DNA of 64,000 nucleotides, from contig CM082586.2 of assembly GCA_040954595.2 (NCBI GenBank), positions 1,369,124-1,433,123 of the forward strand, written 5' to 3'. The notes below the pieces were generated by a model, which had not been told where the DNA came from, searched no databases, and saw only the letters and a list, made by a program, of their open reading frames with translations. Both the position numbers and the translations under genes were made by a program. This DNA comes from Balanoglossus misakiensis (lineage: Eukaryota > Animalia > Hemichordata). This document shows, in pieces, positions 12,401 to 27,400 of the stretch; within the stretch, counting starts at the first letter, position 1, and each line of letters begins with the position of its first letter.

Positions 12401-15400
12401 GTTTTGCATAGAGCTTTTGAATGGTTCTATTTGTAAGAGATATTCTCCTCCTGTCTCAATGTCATCCCAGCCCTTCCCCCCTCCACGCATGCACACACAC
12501 TGTACACACACACCACGACACACACACCACACCCTACCATTTAAAATATTCTACAGAGGAAGGCATGTCTCCAGGAAAACAACTTCTCATTACCCATGTC
12601 ATACAGCTGCAGTCATTATACGTTACATAGAAAACAATAACCATTTGTTGAGCTTGTTTTAGTGACTTAACAACATAAATAATCTATCAAAAGAAAATGA
12701 AATAACCAATATAAAAGGATGTCAAAAATGAGAGACTTTGTCCCTTTAAGCATAGTCATGTAAGTCTAACATGAAAAACATATAAAACTGCAGCTACGCC
12801 CCTCCTGAAGGAGACCAGGCCATACTTGGACAGGTCAGTGAAGTGTGCGAAAATGCCAACAATGTGTCATTCTTACCTGTACTTTTTGATACGGTCTTGA
12901 CAGAATAATTGGTCTTGGGCATGGACACTGTGTTGGGGAGGGTTAAAATTTCTCGAAGAGGTCCATAGTTACATTCAGGTGAAATGGATCGATAGCAACC
13001 AGTGTGAGACTGCGAAAACAAACAAACATACAGGCAAGAATCTGTCAGTGCCCATGGCAACAGGTTTTAGACCCCAAAAGTGAGATTATCACAAATGCTT
13101 TTGGTAGACTACAATCTATAATCATTTGAATGAAATGTGATACATCCCATGGGTAGGAAGATACCAATGTGAACATAGCACAGCTATAATGCTCTACAGA
13201 ACACTCTTCGACCAGTTGAGACATTTTCTTCTGACAGAGCTAAACAACAGCCTTTGGCTATTTGGTCGGAATAACAAGCAGATGAATCATATCCTGCTTG
13301 ATAGACATAACTTGGCTCTTTATTTCTCAGTTCACAGCTTTGTAGTCTCCAAACATCGAAACATCACAACACTTGAGTTGAAAATGTTGTTTCTGAATAT
13401 TTCCGAGAAGACTACTAAGGAGACATTAATTTCAAACTTACTGTGACTCCACACCATTCACATCTCTTACTAGTAATGCATTCTGTACTGGCTGAAGTCT
13501 TCTTACAAACTAGACATTTTGCATTAGGCGGTAGGTTGCCCTCTCTCCAATGATGAAAAACCACTTGCTTTGACTGCAAAGAAGAAGAAATAATAACCGA
13601 AGTTAATTATACACAGTGCGCATAATACTTATACAGTAAAACCTGTATACACCAACCCTGTCTAATCTGGAAATATGTCTATACCGAACACATTTTCCAG
13701 ACCTTTTACAAACATACATGCATATAGACAGACATACATAGAGACATACATAGAGACAGACAGACAGACAGCCATTTTAACACCAGAAAATGACAAACTT
13801 ACATTTTCTTTTTTGTTGGGATCATAACTGGCTATTTTTAAACAATCGCTGACAGCAAAGTCCTGACAGGCTGCATGAGTGTAATATTCACACACTGGAA
13901 AATAAATAGAGAAAAAAACACGGTTAAAACATACAGATGAATTTGTATAACAAATAGAGTAATTCCATTTCAGCAAATTTGAAATTCAATTTACAACTGC
14001 AAAAAGAAATCAGCCTACGAGGGTGAAAGTCAAAATAAAAATGAACCAAATTACAAATTAAATCATCAGTTAGTCGAATTTCCAATGCAATCCAGGATAT
14101 GTGGGTCAACTACCTAATATGGGCAAGGCTAATGAATTATTCATGAGGCCGTGGAGTGCTTCAAACGTAGACGTAAATGCACCGTCCACAGATCGTCGCC
14201 GCTAGCAATGTTTCTGGATGCGCAGTATTATTTTTCATCAAATTAACTAATGTTTATTTGCAAGAGAATAGTTTTATTTCTTGAAAATACCCTTTTTTAA
14301 GAGCACGTCTGAAAAAAAATGTTTCCTACTATGACAGATATACGTATGACGGATGTTCATACCTTTAATCAGTGAGTGTCTTGTCGTTAGCCAAGCAATT
14401 AATTATCAAATCAAATGGGGCAAGTACTGAAAGGATTGGGCGCAGAACAGAATTACTCCCTTTATACGATTGAAATTACAAGTCAAAAATAGAACCACTG
14501 CTCAGACTGCCTGCTGATGGAGGTATTCCCTTAACAGGTCAGGTTGTGTTGAGCGGGTGAAGTGACCTCATTCGCGCTTTGGCTATTGTGGATTATTTTC
14601 TCCACTTGTATGCTGCCAAACTCAAATGTCAGAACAATAATATCCTTCATGTGCACTCAGACCACTTCAAAAACCTTGAACTTCACTTCTACAATCACGA
14701 ATTTGTCTCTGTTGACAATTAAGCTTTAAATGAATACCCGTAGTTGTAATCTAAAAATATCATGGCCCTTAATGGGATGCTATTTCAAGATTGAAAAAAA
14801 ATAAAACACAAACATGCACTGGCATATGATTGCGAATATCTTTTTTTATCTTGAAACAACATTTAGAAGGTCAAGTTATAATTAGACATACAGATATTTC
14901 ATCACAGAGTGCATATGTTTATAAGAGTAAATCTTTACCTTCACATCTGAGAGCTAGACTATCTCCCATACTACGTCTGCAAACATTGCAGAATTTCTTC
15001 TTAAATCTGTCAGGTTCTCCCCATGTGTGTGCTACTGGATCCTGAAACACAGGACAAAGAAGAGAAAATACTGTAACAGGGTTTGTCACGGCATATCAGT
15101 AGATCAGAGATTACCGAGGAAGGAAGGAACAATAATGAAATGGAATATAACTGCAGGGTTGAACCTGAAGACTGTGATAATGAGCATCAGCCATTGGGGA
15201 AACTTCAAACGTGACACTGTCAACAGGCATTTCGAGATGCTGACACGATCCAGTGCATACATTCTGAAGTTCGATCTAAGGTTGAGTGCACTGTTCAAGT
15301 TCAGTTGTTAAAATGGCAATGAACTTCAACAAGTCAGGGACAACGTACTTTATTTTAGTTTTCATTTCATTCAAGTGACAAAGTTGCTGACTTTTTTTTA

Positions 15401-18400
15401 CATTGCCACTGGCACACTGCTTTTTATCACTATCAGACAAAGCATGTTTGCTTGCTACAGTACAGATCTGAAATCAGTTTCCAAATGGGCCAGCTCTGGG
15501 CCAACCCAGGGGTAGCAAGTTTAGCACCTCAGTCACATGTTATTAGCACAGAAATACACTAGCACAGGCTACATCAATGACGCTAACGTCAGTTCTCTCA
15601 ACAACATCTCAGCCCTGTTCACCGATTACAGGCACCTCCACATTCTACGATCGACTTCAGTCATAATTGAGCACTCTGCTAAAGTTCAAAGGCCACAAGT
15701 TCACAGGCCTGTGTTTGGTGTGTGACAAAAGCTGGCAAAGGGATCATTTTTCATTCAACATTTTTATGATTATACCCGAGGTTTAGTTTACGATAGCAAA
15801 AAAGGAAAATCCCTTGCAGCAGATGGCCTGTATCTATTGTTGGGAAATGTTCAAAGTGTGAACTTTTGACACATGCTGGCAAAGACTGGCATACAGATAT
15901 ATACACCATATTTGCTATATTTTCTGAAAAGTATATTTATACATGTATATTTTATCAATCTAAATTTGTGCATTTTAATATATGGCAATGCAAGTGCTTA
16001 ATTACTTTCTGTTGATGTATATTTCGTTGGATGCTGTCAATATCCAAGTTCCAACACATAATTATCAAAGAGAGAAATAAATTCTCTGGCATCAAGGGAA
16101 ATCTAACATATCTGTGACACACCTGAGCAAATAAAATGACATAACATGTACATTATTTGAAACTATTCTCAAACACATAAACAGGAGATTTAAGACAACT
16201 CTAGAATTTTTAAGGATTCGTAATTATAGCAAGGTGTGCCTTACCTTAATTAAATTGGAAGCTATACTTGAACAAGGTGTAATTACATTCTCCAAGCATC
16301 GCTCATGGCTGACAAAATTACAAACTGAAAGACAAAAAAGAACACAAAGAAAGGGAAATGTTAGCAGTGTTGACAATAACATTGGTATTCAAAGAGGTGT
16401 AAACTTAAACGAAAAAGTCGATCTGGAAAACCCGATGGTAGCAGTTGCAAGTTTCCAGCTCTATCCCATTTTCATAAATCACAACAGTAATATTCACTAA
16501 TACTTCCATCAATATGGTGTGATGACAAGCTATGGCAAACATTAAGCCATCATCATTGCCAATATGGCTGAGTCACGCTATCGTACGGTCACAGCACACA
16601 CTATACCCAAGGACACCAAATCACCCGATTCAAAGTACAAGTCAGAGTCAGCACATTCTAGGGGACGCATGGTAGTACAGAATACAGGCCTGAATGGTGT
16701 CAAAGCCCTCTGATTCACTTTGAATCAGGACCTGAAACAGATAACAGAGTAGCAACAGAATAGACGTCTTATCTCTCTCCCACCGTCCCCTTGCAAAACA
16801 ATGAGCATACTTCTTTATCACACTTTTGCTACTTCTCCTCAAGCAAGACAATTTCAATTTTCACTACCTTGAAGTTAAATATGTTTTTGGTACCTAGGTT
16901 AGTGATGATGCCAACAATCATATTTCCCATAAAACATTTTTGTGAGTTGTTTGCCCCAGAAAAGGTCCCTGACCTGTTCCTGGAAAACTCAAAATTACAA
17001 CCAGTTGTCACAATATTTACACTCCATTCCATGTTTTTTCAAAGATTTTGTATTTAAGCTCTGCATTATATGGCAATATAACCACAAATTTATTACCTGG
17101 TGGAATACACAATGTCCCTGCGACCTCATTAAAATCTCTGCCCCAAAATTTGCACAACAGGTGACTGCAACGTGTTCGCTCTTTCTTCAAAAGTGTGATG
17201 GTATGTAGACCATTTTAACTTTCGATAACTAGAAATCTGAACAAATCTTTTAGGTCCATCACTCTGTGTTTCCTGGTCACAATCACTCACATATCACAAT
17301 GCTGAATATCGATCACCACGCACTTTTTCTTACACAGCAAATACAACCCCAAATGGATCTGCACTTTTTTCCAGATGATTTTCAAATAACATTAGTCCAA
17401 TCAGGACCTTTGTTACGACTACAGTGGAGTAAATGGAGCAATTTCACGCATAAGTTCAGCAAGCAATGCACAACAGATGTGGAGGTAATTTCTGAGGAGA
17501 AAGTGACCCTTGAACGATTTCATCAAGCATTGTCCTCCTGTCTATCAGTGCAACCACCACTGCATGAAGGCGTGGCACAAACAGATTCTGAATGTTACCC
17601 TCATGAGCGTGGGCTGGTCCCCATATGTGTGTTTGAAGATGTGCAATCGATCGTGCACGCTATATTCTGCCTTCACAATCACAGAACACAGGCTGGATGT
17701 GGCAATATATTAAATGCAGAGTGGACAAGTACCGGTAGATGTTAAATATTCACGACATGCAACTAGGTTTACAGGTATTCTAGTGATTTGCGTGATGTCC
17801 CTGAAAAATCGGGGACAAGCTCTGCAGATGAGACCTAGCAGGTTATGCACATGCATACCTGCTTGGGCGAAAATCGCATCTCCTCTCGAAACTAGAAACA
17901 GTCCAACAAGGCCACTCCACCTGTGTGGAGCTGCTCGAACAATAGCTTTCATCAAGCTTAAGGCTAGGTCAATGCCCTTGCAAAACCAACAACAATAGTT
18001 CACGACTGCTTTTTCGTCAGATCATTGGCATTGCAACAGATGACAGAACCCTATCCTGTCCTTTTGTACTGGAGATTACTGTCGCATACATATTTTGGCA
18101 TTAATTCCACAGTATATTAGCCACGATTTAAAATTAATACACTTCTGACAACATAAAAAAACATGAGCGTATATGGGATCAACAGCTGTTGTTACCATTA
18201 CTTCAACATATGTAGGAGAGAAACAGGTCATAGGAGACATCCCAATGTCACCGTGGTAGCGTGAAAGCATTTCAAGGCCATGCAAAAAATGAGTTGCTTG
18301 TGCACTATTTTGACCTGTGGCATTTTGTAAACTATGGCACATGTGTGTCGGTACCGACAAAGGCTGTTTTGGTGGTTTTATTGTCTCCTGGCAAAACTTT

Positions 18401-21400
18401 GCACAAAAAAGGGCGGGTCAATCACTGGTGAGGTACGTCCACTTGAATACAAAAACACGGAAACTGGCACTCGCAAATATAGGTGCTATTACTATCAATA
18501 TGTATGTGTCCACCACCTATACAATGCCAATATAACCACGCATATAGATACATGTATTTAACTACCCTTTAAATCTAGCACAATATACATTAAGGTAAAC
18601 ATCCTGAAAAAATAACACACTACTTGACACCATGTGATGCCAGGCTTAATACATGTGCAGGTGGCATTTTAGCAAACAAATCTTGTTGTTTTTTATTAAG
18701 GTGTCATTGAACTATGTATCGTCCTGTTTCAAAGCACAAATATTGCTTGTGAATGATTTTTACTTTAAAGGATAAAAGGTCAGGTTTTGTTTGTGTTCCT
18801 GAGAAATTCTCAGTGATAGAAAGATGAGTCAGCATAAATTCTACTCTGCACAAAAATAAACAATGCCGCAAAATCATGACGTAGCAATAAATTCGAAAGA
18901 ATTTCACGGTATCCTTCTCATTCACGGGCCCCAATAAACTTTTTTTTGGAAAGTTTGCACACAAATTTTCCTCCCAGCACGAAACAAGTGCTCTCTAACC
19001 CTGATATACTTTTCCCTGAGACTCAAAATCCACATGACGTTTCAGCCTCCTCTTGACTTTTTGACACCGCCTCATTAACTCTCGAAATATTGACCTACTT
19101 TTTAGTCAACAAGAGTTGAGCAAATACACGCGGTTACCAATCTGCAAACAGAGTTTCCTGATCATACACTCATTGGATGTTCATGATGTTTTCAAGTGAC
19201 AGTTTTATAGGACGTACAGCTGGACTGGTTTGCCAAACACTACTGCCTGTTTGCCCCATCTTTTGCGCTGACATCAACATTTCTCCAAACTTGACGAAAA
19301 ATAACATATTAATTGTCAATTTCCGGGTTTCAACACCTCCGAGTTAAAATCCTCTGTAAACAGAAAAACAGGAGTCAACACGATTGATTATCTCAGTTAA
19401 AAGCATACATGTGTCCTGTTTTATTTTTCTGTGTGTGGATGTTTTTATTATGAGACAGTGTTTACCAAACTCTGGGGTATATGCTAGCAATATATTTGTA
19501 TGCGATTCTAGAGACTTCAATATCTGCAGTTTTCAGAGGTTATCGCAACCCAATAATCAATCGTATTGATTTAAGGTGTGCTGTGTACAAAGGAATGTTA
19601 TTCAGAGATGCTGAAACCTCAAATCGACAAAGTGTCAAGTTCTGTCCACACTTCCATGCCAAAGGTTTCTATGATTCCCTGTACATATGCATCACTCTTT
19701 TCATTCACACAAAAAAAATCATGTAAAATCCTTTATAAGTGGTAAAAAAGTTTTAAAAAAGGCATCAGTAATTGTGAATGCAGTTCACATTGGAACATGG
19801 ATCGCCAGTATTCCAATAACTCTGAAGATTTTCCTTCCAGGGAAAGAGAGTCAATTTCGCGACCTGCCGGATAAAAATACGCTCATTTCTTCTTCCGGCT
19901 CACAGACACTTGGAAATCTGAAATGATGATACATGATTCAAATACCACAGATGTCTTCATTGGAGGTCAAAGTAAAGTACGGACACGAGGTCAAATACCT
20001 GAATAGTGAATTCTACGCTAATTAGACTTAGGGAAACTTCCTCTTCAAACTACTTCTTCCAGCTTTCTCAAGCATCATTCTGGTCTGACACAGAAAACGG
20101 CAGGGTTCATCATGGCAACCTACTTTTGCTGATACAAAGACCGAGTTAATTGTTGAGAGTTTTCTATCAAAACCATATGCACCTTGGCCTGAAAATTCAT
20201 GCGAAACTAGGTTGCAATGCAAACAGATAAAAATTCTGGTACCAAAATAATGTATACCACCACCACCCAGGGGATCAGAAATTCTCTCTTCAATGTATTT
20301 GAAGATGATGATGTCAATCACACAGGGCATCCTGGGAAAACTTAGGAAATTAATCGGACCATCCTATCAAGTCCATAATTTGGCATAATTAGAAAATTCC
20401 ATTAACCATACTTGATTGTCTGTTGGGTATGGATGTTGGTAAGATTTCCCCTGGGAGCTATGTCCATCAGGTGTGGACTACTGTTCGTGTGTGCAGCTCC
20501 CGTGACCTGTATAAATTTCTAATTTTCTATCTATGAGAGTATCCGGTAAATCACCCAACCACACGACATCCCCTGGCTTAGAGTGGTGAATCTGTCCTGG
20601 TCAAGGGCATAACATGACAATGTAGGGAGGATACCACTAACATGTAGGGATGACAAAACTTGAGATGTATAAAATTTTAAATATAAAACTACCTGTATGT
20701 ACATGTATGTATGTATGTATGTATGTATGTATGTATGTATGTATGTATGTATGTATGTATGTATGTATGTATGTATGTATGTATGTATGTTGTATGCATG
20801 CATGCATGTATGTATGTATGTATGTATGTATGTATGTATGTATGTATGTATGTATGTATGTATGTATGTATGTATGTCATCAGCTAATATCACTCCATAA
20901 CATCATCATAGAGGTGAAAGTTCTCTCTCTTTATTTTATATTTATTAAATTGTGACTGGACAAAGCAAATCATGTTCATGTAAGTCTGTTGGAGCGTTCA
21001 TTGATCAATTTTTGACCCCGACAAATTAGGTCAATGTCTGGTGTTTGTAAGAAAATTGCAAGCAGTGCCTGTACGTCAAAACACACCCGTTAATACATGA
21101 ACATGGAATACATCACTATTTGACTTCAGCACTTCAAAATGGTTTTTCTTTTTCTATTTCAGTCAAACCCCCTCGCCATCATGACTCATTCAAGCTATAT
21201 TTCAGCATTTAAATATGCATCTGTCAACATTACAGAACTGCAACGGAGGATTACTTCGTTTTACTGGAAAGCTATATATGCTTACCCTTGGTAATCTAAA
21301 GACAGTCTAACCACATACTCCATTCACATCGTATGACCTTTGATATTTAATAATACGCGATAGAGGTCGAGCAGAACAAATCACCACGGCAACGCACACA

Positions 21401-24400
21401 AAAAGAAGGAAGATAAAATTAGATGGCCTGACAGTTCTACTTTTCGTTTTTTTTATTTTATTGTTTTTTGCAGGTAGTAATATGAAAGGGAGGTGAGTGA
21501 ACGGACACAAGGTGAAATTGGAGTAAATACCGAATAGTTTTGCAGATGTTGACAGTTCTGGTGGGTTGTGTAACTGGGCTGTGTATTCTGATGCCAAGAT
21601 TGAATCGGAGAGTTTAATACAAGAATGCATTCCGGGGAAAATCAAAACATCTGTATCATGTTCACCGCTGTGCTGAAGTTCAGCTACATTGTCTGCTTCG
21701 TGTACTCTGCACAGCCACAAAAAAATTCCCTGGGAAAGCAATGATGTGGAAAATATATACAGGGTTGTGCAGGGAATGTGCAGTGCGCTTCAGAAGGCCT
21801 TTCCTCATAGGTTACAGCCAGCAGATTCATGTACCTATGTGTACTGTACTGTAGACTGCTCTGAAGAGTGAAACTGACTAAGAAACCGGCCAATCATAAA
21901 CAACCTTACAAGAGTGCTGCAAACTGCCCGATTGTGTATGGGAGGGCAAGCTCAGAGCTTCCTGGGAACAGGGTGATCTTGTGTGCCATGATATCAAGGA
22001 GCACCCTGGGAAATAAAGGGGGGGGGGGGGGGAGGTGTAATCTTTGATATTTCATATACAGATACACCCATACCCTGAATACTTCACCCTGTTCCCGACC
22101 ACATTCCATTTCCCATGATGCCTTTCAGTACAGCTTTGGCACAACTTTTGATGCAGATTTTAAGACCTGTGAACTGGGAAATGAGGGGGGTTTATGGGGT
22201 TACATCGCGGATCTTGACCCCCATAAATTCATGACAGTAGAAATTTCCCTCAGTGAGTCATATCATCAATACAGACAGACCTCAGATTACTCTGTATATG
22301 CTCCCTCCAACAATTCCTTCATTTATGAACATCTTTTACGACCATTTTTACAACCACTGCGGAATAATATTGTTTTATACTGGCTGTCCGGGCGTCATGC
22401 CCTTCTGACATGGCAAGCTTGTGAGATTCATATTTTGAAATATGGACGAGACAGGATGGACCGTTACCATTCTGGGAAGTACTTTTTCCGGGAAGTAAGC
22501 TATTTTGCATATAGTCTGCTTCTTTGTACTGCAATGACCATAACATGTACAGTCAAGTCTCTGGGTCAAAGACTGAAGGCACTCGTGTTTAAAATTTGGT
22601 CATGATTTTCATTTTTTAATTGTACCACAAACACACACACACATACATACACACACACACACTTTTTTGGAAGCATTCCTTGACGACAGGCGAACAACCC
22701 CACAACATGTTTCCTTCATCTGTCTCAATTTATGACAAGGACCTGCCCTGGAAATACCAACATGTTTGTGACAGAAAGCACAGGCAATTAAAAGGCCACT
22801 GGTAATTTTGGTAAATTGCGACCTTTGACATTAGGGTCAAAGTGTAACGATCTGCCATGGATCATGCTTGGTATCTCAACGCAATTGCAAAGCAGACCAG
22901 AAGTGGAACATTATCTCCCGTTCAAATCAGGTGACAGTAGCAGCTAGCACTAGGCCGGGAAACCGTCAATTACAGTGGGCGCGGATCAGGAGGGGGATCT
23001 AAAAATAGCCGACAAAGAAGCCTCATTATTTCTTTAAACTTCCATCGAAGGTTACTTTGCCAGTGTGATTTCAAAATTCTTGCCCGGCAGGAATCTGAGA
23101 AAGAACCAATGTCATAGCCCGGGGGCATCTGGTCGAGTGAGATCCAGTGATATCTTGATGTGCATGCCTGTTCTAGCACAGATGACAAAAGTATGAAAGT
23201 ACTAACAGATTTTGTAACCATGGCAAATGCCCCAAAACTGCAATAAGCATGTAATGATTGCAATTGCTGCTTGTAATTTGATTGCCATGGTAATTGTAGG
23301 AGTTAATGTTATATAATTATGGGATAGCAATTGGATGTCAGAGTTTTAAACACAGACAGTTCTCTGTGCAAAAGTTACTGCTAGATACACTCAGTAAACT
23401 ATGCAAGATCTTTCTGGAAGAAGGTTTTTCTAAATCTGACAGCACAAAAATCTGGTCATGCATGTATTTTTTTCTAGAAGACTGGACAGCTTGTAGAGAT
23501 CTATCTTTAGTGTCGTACATCCCCCTAGGCCACAAACAGAACCCAAATTCCGACACGGCCCGAGTTCGGCATGCATACATAGTACGCTATTGATCGTCAG
23601 CGATGATGCAGTACAGCGCATATGGGCCAAAAGAAGGCCGACGCCCACCCTCTGTCTCACCACATAAATGTTCAGATGAAAAATACGAGGACATATATTA
23701 GTCACGTTGTCCCAAGGCAAGTTCACATTCACTTTGGCTGATTCAGAAGCCATTGTGAACCAGTGATGATTCAACTTACAATCAAACCTAACCAAATGAT
23801 TTTTCCCACATACTGACACGAATAGAGACATTTGACACAAGGTCACTCAAGGTCAATGGAAGCAGAGAGGGGGTTGACTTTTGTTTTTATCTTACACATA
23901 GACTTGTACTCATCCCACTTCACCATCGGAGCGGCATGTAGGAGTGTGAAATCATCTTAACATCAAACAGCAAGTTTTGACATTTTCCAACAATGCGAGA
24001 AAGAGTACATCACCATTACATGTAAATTCAAAGACACAGTGACAGTACAGAGACCAGGCATTTAATGTAAATATTCAACATTCTCAGACATTCAACCAAT
24101 AGCAACAAATAATTAAGCAGAATACGAGATTACCTACATGCACCAATTTTCCATTAAGAGCCTCACATTTAATTGCCCCAAATTCTTTTTTTTTTTATTT
24201 TCACCTTAATTTCTTTTATCAAAACAGATAGGCACCATAATTCTTTTTAATTATACAGAAAGGTCATCTTATAGTTTTATGGTCGATAAAATTCACAAAT
24301 TAATCACTGACATTTCGCCATAATTCTCTCCAGACAACCTAATCAATTAAATGAAGCTTGTGATTACTTATGTTTTTTTTCGCCTGATGGTTACCTTAAT

Positions 24401-27400
24401 TGCAATTACACAGAATTCTTCCAGCCTGCTATCAGTGCCATGACCTTTTGACCTATTTTGACCTCTGACCTAAGTGACACCGGTTGATTTCAAGGGTATT
24501 GCCGGAACATTTTGTTGTGTTGAAACTCGGCAATGTCGTCCATTCCTAATGAATGCTTGATGTGAAAATATTCCAGAATTAACAGCCCTGGCCAATGCTG
24601 TTTGCAAACTACGACATATAACGTTTGATGTTGCTTTCAAATATGGAGAAAAAATGTCATATTTCAGGTAATATCTGTCAGTTTACAATTGGATGCCTTC
24701 TGGACACTCCATATAAATACCAAAAGCAAGCAACACTATCTTTTTAATTAAAATATTGTCCTACCATTTTCATGAGTATTAAACTGTGATTCATCAGACG
24801 ACCTGAATACTTCTGAAGGCAATTTTACCGGTACACTTCAAACAAGAACAGCATGGTGCACTAATATGACCCAGTTTACTTATTTCTAAAATTAGATAAA
24901 ATCTGCCCAAGTTTTGCCAGGGAGAAAAATCCAGCCAAGAAAATATGTGTGAACAGGCCGGAGGAATTTGAGCAATGGTATTGCGGTAGAGTTGGGTTTC
25001 ATCTGCCCTGTATTAATTAATATCGAAGAGGAAAGTCTTCTTTCGATGGTTTGTGCTGGCAACTCATATTTGAACTTATTTGGCAGATCAGTCCTTAAAA
25101 TAAGAAGTGCAATATCTAGTGAACAAATTTCTTTAGTTGTTGGTCTCACACACATTACAAATACGTCTTGGAGAACTTGATACCCTTGCAACTGGAATAA
25201 AATCTAATGTTTGCTACTGTTCATTTCGGCAACTCACTCATAAATTATTGGAAGTCATATTGCAGAGAGAAATAACTGAAAAACGTTGACGTGACTTAAT
25301 AAATATTGCTGTTGATTGTAGACGCTTGCCTTGTGACGATACATCGAAATTCTTGAGTTTTCATAACATGCGGTTTTCTCATGGCCCATGTGAGAATTTG
25401 CAACCAGGCAGGAGTCCTACAGTGCCATGGTTGATGTATCTATGTCAGGGAGTTTATTTTTAGCAAAAGTTTTGCAATATGATAGCGATACCGAAAAATT
25501 ATTTTAAATGACGAAGGCAGGCATGAGTACTTTGAGTCTAGAACAGACGCCAGTTGAACCTCACAGATGAGTCTATCTGCCAGGATCTCAAACAAGAAAT
25601 GGAAATGTATTTTCCTGATGATGTCCAGGAATATACCAGACAATTAGAGGAAATTAGGAAAAAGTTTGGGTCTTATTTCAGTGAGTTTTTAGCATTTTGC
25701 GTACAAAATTGCGAGAGCAGGGTAGAGTTCTGAGCCAAGAATTAATACTCATGTGTAACTGCCCAATGGTGTACAATTAATAACACACCAGATAGGCAAT
25801 ATATCACTGATGAAGTCTGCCTCGCATTGGTACCCATGACCATAATATTGATGATGCCTTGAAGGCCCCTCAGGCGGACAACAAATCATAATATTGCCCT
25901 CATTGTCATGCGCTATCACTCAACACTGTCGTAACCAGAGTTTCACTCATCTGAATTTTCCCCTGTAGTACTGGTGTAAATTGCTTTGAAGGTTTCCTCT
26001 CACATACAGTTTTTAAAAGATTTAAGTCAATATGAGGATTTCTATAAATTTCTCCGAGTCAGCCCTATACCGTTGCATGTAGTGTGGATAAATTTCTCGA
26101 GTCACCAGTGAGTTTGTTGAGTCAGTGGTGCGACATATAGGCTTAGAGGGCCGCAGAGGTGAAAAAGTAACATCCATCAAAGCAAATTAGCACAAATGCG
26201 AAAGTTTGCAGGCCAACTGTCTGTACATGTAGCTGGGGTCAGTGCCATACAATAATATAGACGCGAGCCCACTGATGGTATTCACAGACGTTTATGCACG
26301 TTACCCCAAACCCATGAGAGTGGCTGTATATGTCAGATCCAGTCTGCAAGAAGCGAAACTGATATGAAACATACACAGCTCCGACTAACGTTTTTGTCAA
26401 CTGTTTTCTGTTGTTGAATCGTGCACGCTAACATACCGCGATCGTGTTTTCAGACCAAATTTACGAGCGCGTCACAGTTAAATACGTTTGGGGCTGGAGT
26501 TCGGCTGGATGAAATCAAACAGCATGTACTCTGATATATACACAGAGAAGGTCTTTCCATAGCTTTTATTTGTGTTGTAGAATCAAACAAATTCGCTCTC
26601 TTTTTTTGCAGAAAGTCTCACCAGTGTAAATTCGCCAAGCTAGCAGGTCGACCTGTAGAGCTTCACCACAGTGCAATTGTTACAACAATCAAGAACGTTC
26701 TCTTGTATTTCTAACAAAGACACCTGTGGCTTAGCTGGCAAGGCCCTGTCAATATACTGATGTATATATATTTTTGCTTATTCTGCTCTTCAAGATAATA
26801 AATTCACTGTATTTTTAGCAACCCGTATTACTGTAAGCTATTTCAGAACCAGAGTCATTAAATACTGGTAATAATATCGTTTGGTACTTTTTGTTCTGTG
26901 CACTGCACGTTCACAATGGTACAGGCAATATGAAGTCAAACAGCTCTAAATCCAGCTGATGAATTATAAAAGAAGTTATAATTAGTGATAGAAAACAAGC
27001 CTGAAATGCGACAAGCAATGTGCTCTCTGAATGCCACTGACTCAACAAACTCACTGCTGACTCAAGAAAATTGTCCATACATGCAAAGGTATAGGGCTGA
27101 CTCAGAGAATTTTCTAGAATTATGTTTTGTTAGAGGGCACACTGGTGACAAGTTGACGGACACTTGCGCTGAAAATTTAAAATGTTTCAAACGATCAATT
27201 ACGGTTGGGCGTATGAAACAGATATACAGATAGAATAAATTACAGAGCTGAAATGGGCAGATATCATCATCACACAGATGCCTGCAGATCTAATTAACTA
27301 TCTATTTTTAAAACGTGGACAGTGCCAGTTTCTACAACATGATGATAACAATAGGATTAATTAGAACAAAGATATTTTTAAAAAGGCATTGCAATGAAGC

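Noticed and set aside
17266-18003. 159-aa and 94-97-aa ORFs inside DGK intron 1 as a nested gene or transposase
   Set aside because: No recognisable domain, no coherent splice structure, and stops in the alternative frames; at most a decayed repeat.
20531-20955. ORFs with HTYI/MYVC repeats
   Set aside because: They are translations of the (ATGT)n microsatellite.
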